A stretch of 64,000 bases of DNA from Entomortierella parvispora E1425 (Eukaryota > Fungi > Mortierellomycota), in contig BQFW01000008.1 in NCBI GenBank assembly GCA_020891255.1, positions 1,612,001 through 1,676,000 of the forward strand, in the 5' to 3' direction. Below are positions 20,369 to 32,289 of this stretch, in pieces (the stretch's first letter is position 1; each line of letters begins with the position of its first letter). The notes beneath the pieces are model-generated. The model had not been told where the DNA came from, ran no database searches, and was given only the letters and a program-made list of their open reading frames with translations. Both the position numbers and the translations under genes were made by a program.

Positions 20369-22841
20369 AATCCACACACTCCTTTGCCCGAGGAACTGGA
20401 CTCTCAAATCTTCAATTCTTTCTCGGATGCCATAAATGCCGTTCGACAGTGGTCCCTTTCGTGTGGATTTGATATTCGAATCGCCTCAAGCAAAAAGCTA
20501 TCACGCGAGTGGATGAGTACGTTTCCTTGCAATGCTGGCGTGTGCGAGGCAAGGCCGAACGACTAACGCAGTCCCTTTTTTACAGAGGTTCTAGAATGTA
20601 CAAAAGGGAGGAAGCATAGTCCTAAGAAGACCTCTGTACCTGAGTTGGAAAGAAATAAGACCTCGATTCGCTGCGACTGCAAATGGTACATTCAACTCCG
20701 TGCAGCAAGCAAGGACGGGAAGGACTGTACCGTTTATCGGAAGAACGACACTGCGGCTCACAACCACAAGATGATAGCTCACGCCGAGATATTTAGTCCC
20801 TCGAGACAGAGGTTAACAACACCCATGAGGGAATGTGCTCAAGAACTTTCAGCAGCAGGGGCGAGCATGCCTGTTATCAGGGAAGTTCTCAAGAGGCGAA
20901 ACCCCGAGCGGTACTTCTCTGGGAGAAGAGTGTCGAACGCAATGGCAAGACGAACTACCGGCTCTCACGGCGCGAACAACGCCCAGCGTCTGGTAGCAAT
21001 GTTGACGGGTTTCCGCAAGAAGGATGAGCGATGGTATGCTAAAGTTCAGACGGACAACAATTCGGTCATCAGACGCGTCTTTTGGATGGATCCACTCCAA
21101 AGGGATCTCTATTCACGATACCATGATGTAGTGATGAACGACACAACATACAACACCAACCGCTTCAAAATGCACCTCAACGTCACCACGATTGTCGATG
21201 CTGAGGGTGCAACCAGAGTTGTGGCATGCGCCCTTCTTAGCAAGGAGACAAGATCAGATTTTTTATTTGTTCTTTACCATTTATTCAAGGCGAACGGCAA
21301 TCGGCATCCGCATGTGGTCGTTAGCGACGATGACAAGGCATTTGAGTCGGCGCTCATTAAGTTGTCCCCCAATACTCACATGGTAAACTGTCTGTGGCAC
21401 TTTTTCGAAGAATCTTTCGAACATCTCCTGCCAGGTCGGAAAGGAAGAGTACGAAAAGTTCAAAAACGGATTCTGGATTGCTCAGCGAACTATAACTCGG
21501 CGAAATTTTGAAGAAGAGTGGCAGAGAACTCTGGACTTTGCATTCCCTGATTTGGTCCCCGGGAGTCCACTTGACAAGAGGCTACAGTATATCTACAGTC
21601 GAAGCCCTTATTGGGCTAAGCCATGGGTGGGGACACTCCTCACGCTTGGGATACAGGCTTCACAGCGAGTTGAGAAAGCACACCATCTGATCAAACTCAA
21701 GGCGAACGGCAACACAGGCTTGGATGAACTCTTCCAAGTCATTCAAAAGAAGATCGCGGATGAGAGCATCCAAAATAGGTACCTCGCTTTCCTCGACGAC
21801 TCCAAAGACGGTGTCAAGGAGAGGTATAAGGGATATGATACCTTTCAAGCCGTCATATCGGAAAACGAGCGATTCCTAGGACGATTCGGTCAAAACAAGA
21901 TGAAAGAGGAAATCTCCTCTTCTTTTTCTTATGAAGCAGAACTCCATGAGCACGATGAAGTAAGTAGAGTAAATGCTGGGGAACGGTCGCCTGTCAACTA
22001 TAATCCATCTAACCTTTTTTTTTTTTTTTTGTAATGGCTGACCAAGTTGCGACGATATTTTAGGGACCCAGAGGACGAGGGGCAGATACGTCTATCTACT
22101 CGACAAGAAGTTCGCCTGTCGACATTGGGGGCCTTGCTAAGTGAACTGAGCGACTCGGAGATTGAGAGTATCCACCTTGTTTCTCATCTCGAAGAAAACG
22201 ACGCATCGTGGGTTCTTCTCTTCAGGGATGGAGGATATCTGTGCACATGTCTCAAGTTGCAGAATGTGGGGATTGTGTGCAAACACTTTTTCTACATGAT
22301 GCGGAGAGATCATGCCTTTAGATACCATATCCAACTGGTGCCCATGCGGTGGTTCCAAGAGCGCTGGCAAGACACCGAGAACCTCAATCTTTCGTCTCGG
22401 CCCTTCTTGTCTGTTTCTCCGGTTACAAGAGGACCCGACCTTGCCTTCCTAGGTCCCCGACATCCTTCTCTGTCCGAAAAGCGCGTTCGGACTCCATGCT
22501 TGACGTATATGGAATCTGCTTCGAAGCTATTCCCCGAGTACGGTGCTATCCCCGCTGTAGAACGAAGAGAGCAGGCTCGGCGAAGCCGCTTTGCTGAGTT
22601 GCAGGGCAATTCAAAGGAGTTGGTGCGAATGGGAGCAGACCATCCAAAGCTGGCAGCTATTTACGCTAAAGCGATGAAAAAAGCCGAGGCACAGATGAAA
22701 AAAGTAATTGAAGAAATGACGGGCCTGCAGATCGTAAAAGACCCGATAGTTTTACCGCCCAAGGGGAAGGTCCCAACAAAAAGGATCAAGTCCAGCCAAG
22801 AATTATCCATGGCTTCCAAGAAGTCCAAAGGCAACTTCTAG
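20369..22841 (+). pseudogene. MULE transposase of MULE-2 (FAR1-like DBD, DDE, SWIM) with a +1 frameshift
   Basis: FAR1-like FNSFSDAINAVRQWSLSCGFDIR...RCDC, D1 MNDTTYNTN, D2 VVSDDD, CxxH CLWH, E SQRVEKAHHLIK, SWIM CTC...GIVCKH. An extra T in the T5 run at 21401-21405 shifts the frame; removing it gives WHFSKNLS...EEEWQRTLD joined to ORF 21552. Confidence 0.88.
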
Positions 22842-23330
22842 ATATCTACATACAACGGCCTGCAGATAGTGTAGAATTAGAGCAGGAAAGAGGAGAATAA
22901 GAGGAGAATAATATCCCAATCTTGAGAGGTGGTAATGGATAATTTTTGTAAAGCCCTGTTTTCCTAATAAAAGAACATAAACTTATATTAATAGTGTGGA
23001 GTATTACTGTCTTCATGCAGCGGACAATTGAAGGCAGCGGACAATTGTAGGAGAGATGATCATTGAAGCCATGTCTCCCAAAAAAAAAAAAAAAAAAAAA
23101 AAGAAAAAAAAAGTTGTGCTTTTTTGAGCTGCAGGCTTCAGAAAGGATGGATACCAGGAAAAGAGGGTGAGAGGACTTCAAAGAGCAGAATGGAGATGCC
23201 CCTACGACCGGAGTCTTCTTCGTGATATTTACAACTGAAGTAGGATGAAGGTCATGATCGTAGGGGAGAACGCAGGCTGCTTTGCCAGTTTCGTATTGTG
23301 GCGTCAAAGCGCTTGGGAATGCTAGTGTAG

Positions 23331-23463
23331 TTAACTTAAAATCAGCGGCCGACAGATAGGGACATGGCCGACAAATAAGGGGGAACGGACGACAAATAAG
23401 AGCAATTGAGAGCAGGGACGACAAATAAGATCTTGTCGGACGGGCCGACAAATAGACGCTTCC
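23331..23463 (-). repeat. right TIR of MULE-2 with CCGACAAATA sub-repeats
   Basis: TTAACTTAAAA...CCGACAAATAGACGCTTCC, the inverted copy of 14218-14341. Confidence 0.92.
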
Positions 23464-23472
23464 CAAGAATCC
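23464..23472 (+). repeat. right 9-bp TSD CAAGAATCC of MULE-2
   Basis: Identical to 14209-14217. Confidence 0.92.
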
Positions 23473-24237
23473 ATATTCCACAAACAGATTCTATTGTTTC
23501 GGCACGCTCCCGTGGTAGCACAAACAGTTTTGAGAGAGAGGCGGGGCACTTGTTTGCGATGGCCCTGTCCAAATCGGGCCGTCAAAGAGACAGGGGTCTC
23601 AACTGGAGACCGAGCGTGAGTTTCCTCATGCGAGCAGCACCCCCAAACTGCCCCGAGGACACCAGGGCGCGCGAATTGAGTTATTTTGTTGCGACAGATA
23701 CCACGGCCTGTGGAAACAAGGGGCGCGCGCGGTGTTTGTCTGTGATGGCAAACGAAAAAAAAAGCTGCTGATCCCTCGCCCCGCATCTGTTTTGTTTCTT
23801 TCCTTCCTGTCGCCTTTTCCCCCGCTCCGCCGCTCGTCAAACCCACTCCCTGATACTCTTGCTTCCTCATCTCTCCAACTACCTCACTCTCAACACTCTT
23901 TGCTTCACCGTACTTGAGGTACGTCTTGCTTGCGTTGTTTCGCCCGCTGTCAATCAGACACAATGGGCAGTACCCTCATGCTTCTTTTTCTGATGGTAGC
24001 TCTCCTCAAAAGCCAACTCCAATAAATAACTCTCTGTCCACGGCCGACAACAGGTATAGTACAGCAAGTGCAGCCAAGTTTCCATTGATGTTGTTCACAT
24101 AGAAAGAGGCTGACCAAAAAAAAAAAAAAAAAAAAAAAGAGTTGTTTATATCCAGTGGAACCCATTTCCTGCTAGGAACATCAACCTTCTCGTAGTCTCT
24201 TGATTCAACCGTCCATTGCTGGAACTCTGCTGATACA

Positions 24238-27200
24238 ATGGGCGGCGCTGGCCTTATGGCCGTTGTAGGTACGGCCAAGGAGCTTCCAAAAGTTCATCTG
24301 CCAAACTGCCATATTCTCGTGGACGTGGAATCGTTCCACCCAGACATGGTTCGAGCTGTCTACAACTGCAAGACGGGCAAGCCGGAGGAGTATGTTGCCA
24401 GAATCATCTTAAATCGGTTCCCAGAGGGCGGCGATGTGGAGTTCTATCTCGATGGTCTCGGCAACAAAGAGAAGCATGCTACCAGTATGGCACGGCGCGA
24501 CAAGACGTCCAATCTTGACATGGCGGAAAAGATTGTCGAACAAATGATGGAGAATGCAAAGCTCGGTCGATCTATCAAGAAGGCTGACTACAAAAAGTGC
24601 TCGAAACTCCTCAAGTCATGTACGCCGGTCACCTATGAATTCAAGAAAAGGCTTTCCGTTGAACTAGAGAAACAACTTCTTGCTCGCTTTACCAAGCGCT
24701 CCGCGACCAACATTTCTGCACCCTCAGATGCGGACCGACTCCGTGCTTTTCTGGGAGAACGATACCCCCAACGCCCCTCTGAAAAAGTCCACCTTGTAGA
24801 GGGCGAGGCTGATCTGGCGATTGTTCGTCGGGCCAAGGAGCTGGTATCCGCAAAGACCGAGTTTGTTGTAGTCGGCAACGACTGTGACTACGCCATCCAC
24901 CCGTCGATTCCGACCCTTCTGCGACCCTCTGGCAAGAAGTACATCCAGTACAAAATCGACGAGCTCTTGGCCAAATCTGGGTGGACTCGGGCTCAGTACA
25001 CAGCGCTGGGCTGTGTATCCAGTACTGACTACAGTTCGAACCTGCCTGGTCTTGGTATTGGAAAGAACTCGCGTATTATCAAGTCCATTCCTGAGAGTAA
25101 GTTTTATTTGCACTGAATACGATTGCAGGCCTTCTCCACCTCCTCGTGAATGCTGACTTCACGCCTACGTCCCTTTGTCTCTATGTAGAGGACGATGTGT
25201 CTGCGATCCTCATGAGGTATAGCATGGACGCCATGGTGATAGCGGCCGTGACCGCAATTGCTTTGGATGCTTCTGCTTCAAAGAAGGTGGACATGGCTGC
25301 ATCACGGAGGATCTTTGTTGAGGGTAGAGAGACAAATCTCACTCATGAACAAAAGAACGAGAAGACGACAGTTGAGATGACTGTACAAGCAAAAGCTGTC
25401 CTCCTGAAGAAAGGTATGCGCGATGCAGGTACCCTTCGCCGAGAAGTACTCAGGTCACAAAAGCAAGCGAAATCAAGGTAAGCAATTGCTTCTCCACCGT
25501 TCCATCGTTTCTCGCTGCTCCCTTTTGGCGCTGTCTCGACTCTATGTTCTAACGTGATGTTGTCTTTTCAATACTCTTCCTTTTCATATTCAGTGAGGGT
25601 AAGCCACCCAGGCGGTACAAGGGCAAGTTTTACAATACTTTCAAGACTGTGCAACGAGACTCTCGCGCAGATCCAGTCAAAGAAGACGAGAGTTCAATGC
25701 AACAAGTCGTTCAGAGCCAGGGCCAAGGTCTTGTAGTTCCTCCAGCAACTGTGCTGACCGGCCCACTATCTGCAGGGATTCAAGATCTCTCGATTACTTC
25801 ACCAGCTCAAGGCTTTGGGTTCTCACCCCTCCTTCCCATTCCAGGCCAGAGTCAAGGTCGTCCAATTGCCCAGTCCTCACAGGCACGTCTTTCCGCTCAA
25901 GGCTCGTCTGATATCTCTGATACAGTCATGCAGGACGCCGATACCGATATGGCTAGCGCGACTGTTAACGAGAATGATCCTGCCGCACGTCAAAAGCGTC
26001 ATATCGACAGCGTGAAAGCTCGGCGGGCCAAACGAGATGAGCAAGTCAGTCTCCGAGCGGAGGAGTGCAAAAAAGAGCACCAGGACCAAAAATTCCACGA
26101 GATGCCCTCCAAGCAATATGGGATCCATGTACACAAGATCAAGAGCATCAACGTTGTGAACGCTGAAGATGGTGACACAGAGATGGAAGAGATGACAACA
26201 GCACCAGAAGAGGTCGTCTTCAAGCCATTCAAACCGTACACAGTTTTCGCGTCGGAAGAGTCCAAGAAGGCCAAGCCTGCGGCCAAGCCCACATCAAAGC
26301 CCAAACCGTTCAAGCAGCCCGACTTGGAGAATCCAAGAACCAAAACCAGTCTCGTTAAGAGTCTCACTGCACGTCATGCACACACGACCCTCAACATTGG
26401 CCAGCTCGGAAAGAATATCGCAGAAGCAATCCAGGTTCCAAACCGTTTTGATCCGACCGCAGATGAGGACGAAATCAAGAAGGCACCCGCAACGATAAAA
26501 GCGGCCAAGTTGGCTACGATCAAGACGATCCGCCGTATTGTCCGAATGAGCAACGAGTTGGAGCGCCATGGCCAAGCTGCAATGTCGTTGTTCGTCAACA
26601 GCGCGAGCGCTGACGACCTACGTGACTTGAAGGCTGCCCTATTCATTTCAAAGAAGATCGTGTCTGCAGCCAAAACTGGACTTTCCGACCAAGAATTCAA
26701 GGCCAAAATAGACGGTCTCCTCAAGGACGTCCTCGGCAGTGCAAGCCAGAAACGACTAGCAAAAATGAAAAAGAACAAGGGCAAAAAGAAGACAAGTCTG
26801 AGCGCCCCTACGTCTAGTCAGTCTGATATGCCAACATCTATCCAAGGTCCTTCAGCCATGGATGTTGATCAACCGGCCCAAGGCTCTACCGACATGGATA
26901 TCGATCAACCTATCCAATATCCCGACGATGAAGGCTCCATCATCTCTGATACGGAAGGGTCCTTGGATGTCGAGGAATCAGATGATGATGATGGTGGTGA
27001 TGATGAGGAGGAGGATGACGCCTCTTCTGACGACGGTGGTGAAGATGGGGACGAAGACAAAGATGGCAATGATGGAAGAGAAGACGAGACCAAGGACGAA
27101 TCTGGGGTCAAAGGAGACAATGATTCTTTCATCACCTCTATTCTCCAGCAAATCCGCCAGAAGTCACCTTCGAAAACCACCAACTACAACCACACACTTG

Positions 27201-29507
27201 TCAAGAAAATCTACGACCTATATATCGCTATGGTCAAGCTCCAAGAGTCCAACCTGCGCCTCATAGCAAAGGGAAACCTACTCTCGGGCACTACGGATCT
27301 AGTTCTAGACGGGGTATACATCAAGCAACTGGGCGTGCGTCTAGCATGTCAGATGAGGAGATACTTTATCGACAAGGAAGCCGGGATCCCGATTACTCTA
27401 CCGCAGTCTCCTGTTCGGTACGGCTATATCAGACTGAGCGAGAGAGACCTCTGGGAGCACCTTTATCGTGTTAAATCCATCGCGGCCTACATCAAGCTGA
27501 TAGGAGGAGGCAATTTGATCTCTTCTGAGCTCAGCCGCAAAGAGCCAGGCTGGCTTCTCACGAGGCTGATCACCCCGCTCGGCAATGGGGCCGATGGCAA
27601 GATAACGACAGTCTTGATGAAGGAAATGGCTGATCTACGAGAGAATCTTGATACCCTGCCTGAGAGCTGCAGTTCGAGCCAGTACTTGATGGAGCAACGA
27701 ACACCGACATACACCTCTGTTTCCTCTGTCCCTGGTAAACCAGCCGGGGGACCGAAGCAGAACTTCTTGCCGTCGTATATGCACAGAGGGTCGATCGTTA
27801 CCAATGGATCCCATGTCTACCTGTCAGCCATTGACCTCAGAATTCGAAAGCAAAAGCGGTATATCACAGAGATTGATGATGTAAGAAACGCTGAGGGAAA
27901 GGTCATTGAGAGAACAAAGAGACACGTTCTTGCTCCCGACTGCCGACGCCTTCTGCCATACATATCAACAGCCATCCCGGACGTGAGCGCGTTGAGGGCT
28001 CTCATTCCCATTGGCGCAGAGGTTGATATTGGCGCCATCGACACTGGCAAAGAGTTTATGGTTGGCTTTGCTTGCGTGCGCTCTGCCGACAAGGATCCAG
28101 AATTCATGTACACTATACGTGCCAAGACAAGAGCTGTATACCAACCTTCCAACCGACACCGAGGGGAGGCCCACGGACTTAAACGAAACACCGTCATCAA
28201 CAGCCCAGCTGGAGGAGGAGACCAATCGACCCCGCCACTCAAACTCAAGAACTTGATCTCACCAAACAAATTCACGCCGGAAATGACCACCACTGGTCAA
28301 ACAGTAGCAATGTACGAGACCAAGCTGACATCGATGGACAATAGCCCACAGGAGCGAATAGCCGAAACATCAACGCCGGAATACCGTCTGCTCTCTGCAT
28401 TCTACAACAATGGCAGTCGTCATCAAAAGAGAATGGTTCACTCCAAGATGGCGACAGTCGCAGAGATGGACATCCTGACCAATCACATCCTCAAGGCGAT
28501 GGGGACGCACATTCGTAACAAAAAGTTGCGCAAGGGCGAGCCAAAGCGGATAGGAATCATCGCTATTGGATATGATGGAAGAGGGGGGTTCTCTGTGGTA
28601 TCAAAGGGCCACCAAGTGTCTCTTCATGGCACCTTTCTGAAGCATTTTTTTTGCCCCGGGTAAGTTCTTTCATCCTCTGCCTCCAATATTCGTTTTAGGA
28701 GGCGAGACTAACGGAGTTTATTTCTCTTTCTCATGTAATGTTGGTAGGCACGAAGTCTTGGTTACATTGTTGTTGGGATACCAGAGTACTACACCTCCCG
28801 TCGCTGCCCTATATGCAAGAGGACCGGTAAAACGGAGGGCGACTTTGTGGGCTACGTTGGCATGCGACGAGCTCATTGCGCCCGCTGTGGGGTATGGTTC
28901 CACCGGGACCTTCTTGCGGCGTCCAATATGGTAGTGGCAACAAAGTACTACATAGAGAACCTATCACGTCCGGCATACCTTTTGCCAATTGACAAGCAGG
29001 ACAAGTTTGTCTTTTTGTCAAAGTACGGCCCCAATCTTCCATTCAGTGTGCCGGCCGATAAAATCAACCGAGGTGATCAGCCTGACAGTGCCAGCGCGAG
29101 CAGTTCAAGTGCGCCGGCGCCACCGCCAAGTAAGACAACTTTATCCCCCTCATGCATTGCAACATGTACATGTACAGCACAAGTTGTCAAGGAATATATC
29201 ACTCATCCTCGCTTTTATCGTAATATTTTTTTCACAGGATTACCGTTTAAGAAGGGCCGAGTGCAGACCAGCGTGCATACAAAAACACAACTGCATTCAC
29301 GCCAAGAATCGGGGTCAGGGTCAGGCTCAGGCTCAGGTTTTGGCTCAGGTTTTGGCTTGGGTTTTGGCTTAGGTTTTGGCTTAGGCTTAGGCTTAGGCTT
29401 AGGCTCAGGCTCAGGCTCAGGCTCAGGTTCTGGCTCCGGTTTTTCAGGTTTTGGATCAGGTTCCGGTTCTAGCTCGGGGTTTTCAGGTTTTGGCTCAGGC
29501 TCAGGCC

Positions 29508-29547
<40 letters not shown>

Positions 29548-30718
29548 GCCAACGCGATCGCAGACACAGACGCGGCCAGGACAAAAACGGAACTTTGCCC
29601 AATCTATAGCAGATCATCGGGCACGACAGGCACAATCACAAGCACAGACCTTGTCACCAAAAAAGCTGCGACCCTCTGCTGATGTATCAAAGCCGTCGCC
29701 GCTCCCGCCTCCACAGATGCAGGCACCGCGGGGATTGGGATCAAGTTCTCAAGCAGTCCCACCTCCACAGATGCAGGCGCCACAGGGATTGGGGTCAAGT
29801 TCTCAAGCAGTCCCACCTCCACAGATGCAGGCGCCACAGGGATTGGGATCAAGTTCTCAAGCAGTCCCACCTCCACAGATGCAGGCGCCACAGGGATTGG
29901 GGTCAAGTTCTCAAGCAGTCCCACCTCCACAGATGCAGGCGCCACAGGGATTGGGGTCAAGTTCTCAAGCAGTCCCACCTCAACAGATGCAGGCGCCACA
30001 GGGATTGGGATCAAGTTCTCAAGCAGTCCCACCTCCACAGATGCAGGCACCGCGGGGATTGGGATCAAGTTCACCAACTCTCCCGCCTCGACTGATGAAG
30101 ACACGATCACAGACAAGATCGCAGACGGCGCAGGCATCGGCATCAAGTTCACAAACTCTCCCGCCTCGGCTGATGAAGACACGATCGCAGACAAGATCGC
30201 AGACACAGTCGCAGACGCTGGCGCAGAGCCAACAGCATCGAGAACGACGGGTTTCACGTCAACCATCGGCTCTCGCAGACTATATCGTCGAGAACCCAGT
30301 ACAGGCTCGGAGACACACACAGACACAGCCTCTGTTGTCAGGAACGCCGTCGTCCGCACTGCCGTTCGGAACAGGTAAGTAAAGTGTGCAGCAACCCAAA
30401 AAAAAAAGAAAAACACCGCCACCACGTCATGAACTTACACCAGTGTCGATTGCCTACTCAACCTTTTCTTCTCGACAGTTCGCCCTCGCCATCCTTTGGC
30501 TCACTCTGAAGCAAGGCAGCAGACCAGTAAGTTGGGATGACTCGATATTTGAAGTGAAAAGGTTCATTTTTCTCACAGTGTGTATGCCCACTCTATTGTT
30601 ATCAGGCTCAGCTTCCTCTGCCTCAACCCCAGCTCCAGCCTCTGGCTCAGCCCCAGCCTCTGGATCCACTTCATCTGCCCCAGCCTCAGCCTCTTCAGGG
30701 CCCCGGCCAAGGCAGTAG
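24238..30718 (+). CDS. PIN(XPG/FEN1)-Fanzor fusion nuclease, copy A (~2,000 aa; one homopolymer frameshift as assembled)
   Basis: PIN motifs: [40 protein letters not shown]. RuvC/Zn motifs: [23 protein letters not shown]...CARC...[10 protein letters not shown]. Exons 24238-25096, 25189-25477, 25594-28659, 28748-..., ending 30718. Exon 3 ends in phase 2 but exon 4 needs phase 0 (T8 at 28645-28652). Confidence 0.85.
29308..29547 (+). repeat. coding hexamer repeat (GGCTCA/GGTTTT/GGCTTA)n encoding a Gly-Ser/Gly-Phe/Gly-Leu tract
   Basis: Read directly; in frame within the C-terminal tail of copy A. Confidence 0.9.
29705..30082 (+). repeat. 7 x 54-bp coding tandem repeat ([18 protein letters not shown])
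   Basis: Period 54 bp, near-identical units, no unique spacers. Confidence 0.92.
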
Positions 30719-31175
30719 CAAGGTAATACAGTATTTTGAGTAGAGACACGTCTAGTGCGTCGAACGCGTTCCAACCCCTTTCTAAGCATTGATCGCTTTG
30801 TTTGCAATGATAGATCCGACACTCCCGTCAGCGATATTAACAAACTCGCGTAATGTCTTGATGACATCTTGTCATTATATGATAATTCGGTAAGGATAGG
30901 CTGCCCTTCTACAACTGAAAGGAAATGACACTTCGTTAGGCAAATCTGACACGTTTTTTTTTTCTATGCTACTCTTCTAGGTGATCCTGAACCACAGGTA
31001 AATCTATTTGTGACTGGTTATCTCGTCAACCACGGTACCATTGATGAAAACTAAGCCACTTTGTCAGCTTCTAGGTTCACCGAATCGGCCCTGAGTAAAC
31101 AGAATCGTTGCATTCGTTCGTCGGGTCCATTCATCCATTCATCCGCCCATCCCACATCCGCCCATCACGCTCGCC

Positions 31176-31953
31176 ATGGCCTTCAAAGTACCGCCCGCCA
31201 AGGTCCACAGCTATGTCACCAAGCTGTTGAAGGCCAACCTGATCAGAAATGCCCCCGTCTGGTACGCCGGCACGACCCTTTCTCCCCCTTCTCCTACATT
31301 TCTTCGCGAGCGGGATCCCTCCGGAGCCACTACAGAGGCTCAATTGCCCTTTGAAGCTGAGGCCGAGAAGGCAGCAGCTGCAGAAGGAAAGACGATGACA
31401 TCAACACATTCCATCCCTCGTTCCTCAAGGTCACAAAAGCATCTCCGCTGGAAGAGTGAGCGGCCAAAGACGATCGTCTACCCCGAGGACCGTCTCCGTC
31501 GCAAGTTCTATGAGGATCACCCCTGGGAATTGCGTCGCCCTAGATGCATGATCGAGTCCACTGGAGATGGTACCCGTCGTTCCTGGGAGACTCTTTTGCA
31601 AAAGGGCAGATCGATTGCAGATTTGACCGGAGAGGAGTAAGTTGAGGAAACAAAAAGAGACGACACACATGTTTGCACCGGTGTAGCTGACTGGTTTTAC
31701 CTTATTTCTACCATTTAGTGTGATCCAACATCAACTCTACTTGATGTCGACCGGCAAATCAGAGGGTGAGGCTTACCGCATCGCAACCGAGGAGTTTTAC
31801 CTTCACAGAGCCCAGGAGGAGACAGAGGCTCGTGTGGCCAAGGCTCAGGCTATGGCTTTCGGACTCAAGCCCCGCAAGAGCTACGTTTTGACTGGATTGA
31901 AGCGTGAGGAGGACGCCCTTCGTGAGGCCGAGAAGAACCTTCCTACTTTCTAA
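31176..31953 (+). CDS. RSM25: mitochondrial ribosomal protein mS23 (Rsm25), 2 exons
   Basis: APVWY...PKTIVYPEDRLRRKFYEDHPWELRRP...VIQHQLYLM...AYRIATEEFYLHR. Confidence 0.88.
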
Positions 31954-32289
31954 ATCACTTCTAGATGTATCTCAACGGAAAACAATAATCAACGGGAAAA
32001 GCTCGTTGGAAGGGAGGAAGTAGGGAAAGGATGGTTCATGACCATCCTTCAGGAATCGGTAGAAAAAAAAACTCAATAGATATCATTAAAATTTTTCATA
32101 GTTCTTCATTTCTCAAGGAGCCGAAAACGTCAACCATGGAGCTTCTCTGGTATAAAAAAAACAAAAAGAGTTGATGGTATCATAAGTGGCTGTTTATTTT
32201 GTTGCATTAGATAGTTGAATGAAATAGAGGAGGGAGAGTGCCGAACATGACCATGGGATGGTGGGAAAGGATCAGAAGGAAGAAAGGCG

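Larger units (their letters stand above)
14218..23463. mobile_element. complete 9,246-bp Mutator-like DNA transposon (MULE-2) with cargo genes
   Basis: TIRs 14218-14341 and 23331-23463, a flanking 9-bp TSD (the Mutator signature) and an internal MULE transposase at 20369-22841. Confidence 0.92.

Noticed and set aside
29705-30082. 54-bp repeat array next to an RNA-guided-type nuclease as a CRISPR-like array
   Set aside because: Units abut without unique spacers, the period is a multiple of 3, and the array is in frame in the coding tail.
29604-30425. 273-aa minus-strand ORF and similar antisense ORFs (41636-42544, 38996-39454, 44307-44972)
   Set aside because: These are shadows of real genes or stop-free repeats on the other strand or frame.
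10515-31091. CGAATCGGCCC direct repeat (10515-10525, 31081-31091) as the TSD of a 20-kb MULE-1/Fanzor element
   Set aside because: No inverted repeats lie inside the two copies, 11-mer matches are expected by chance many times in 64 kb, and the core recurs at 18323 in a promoter position.
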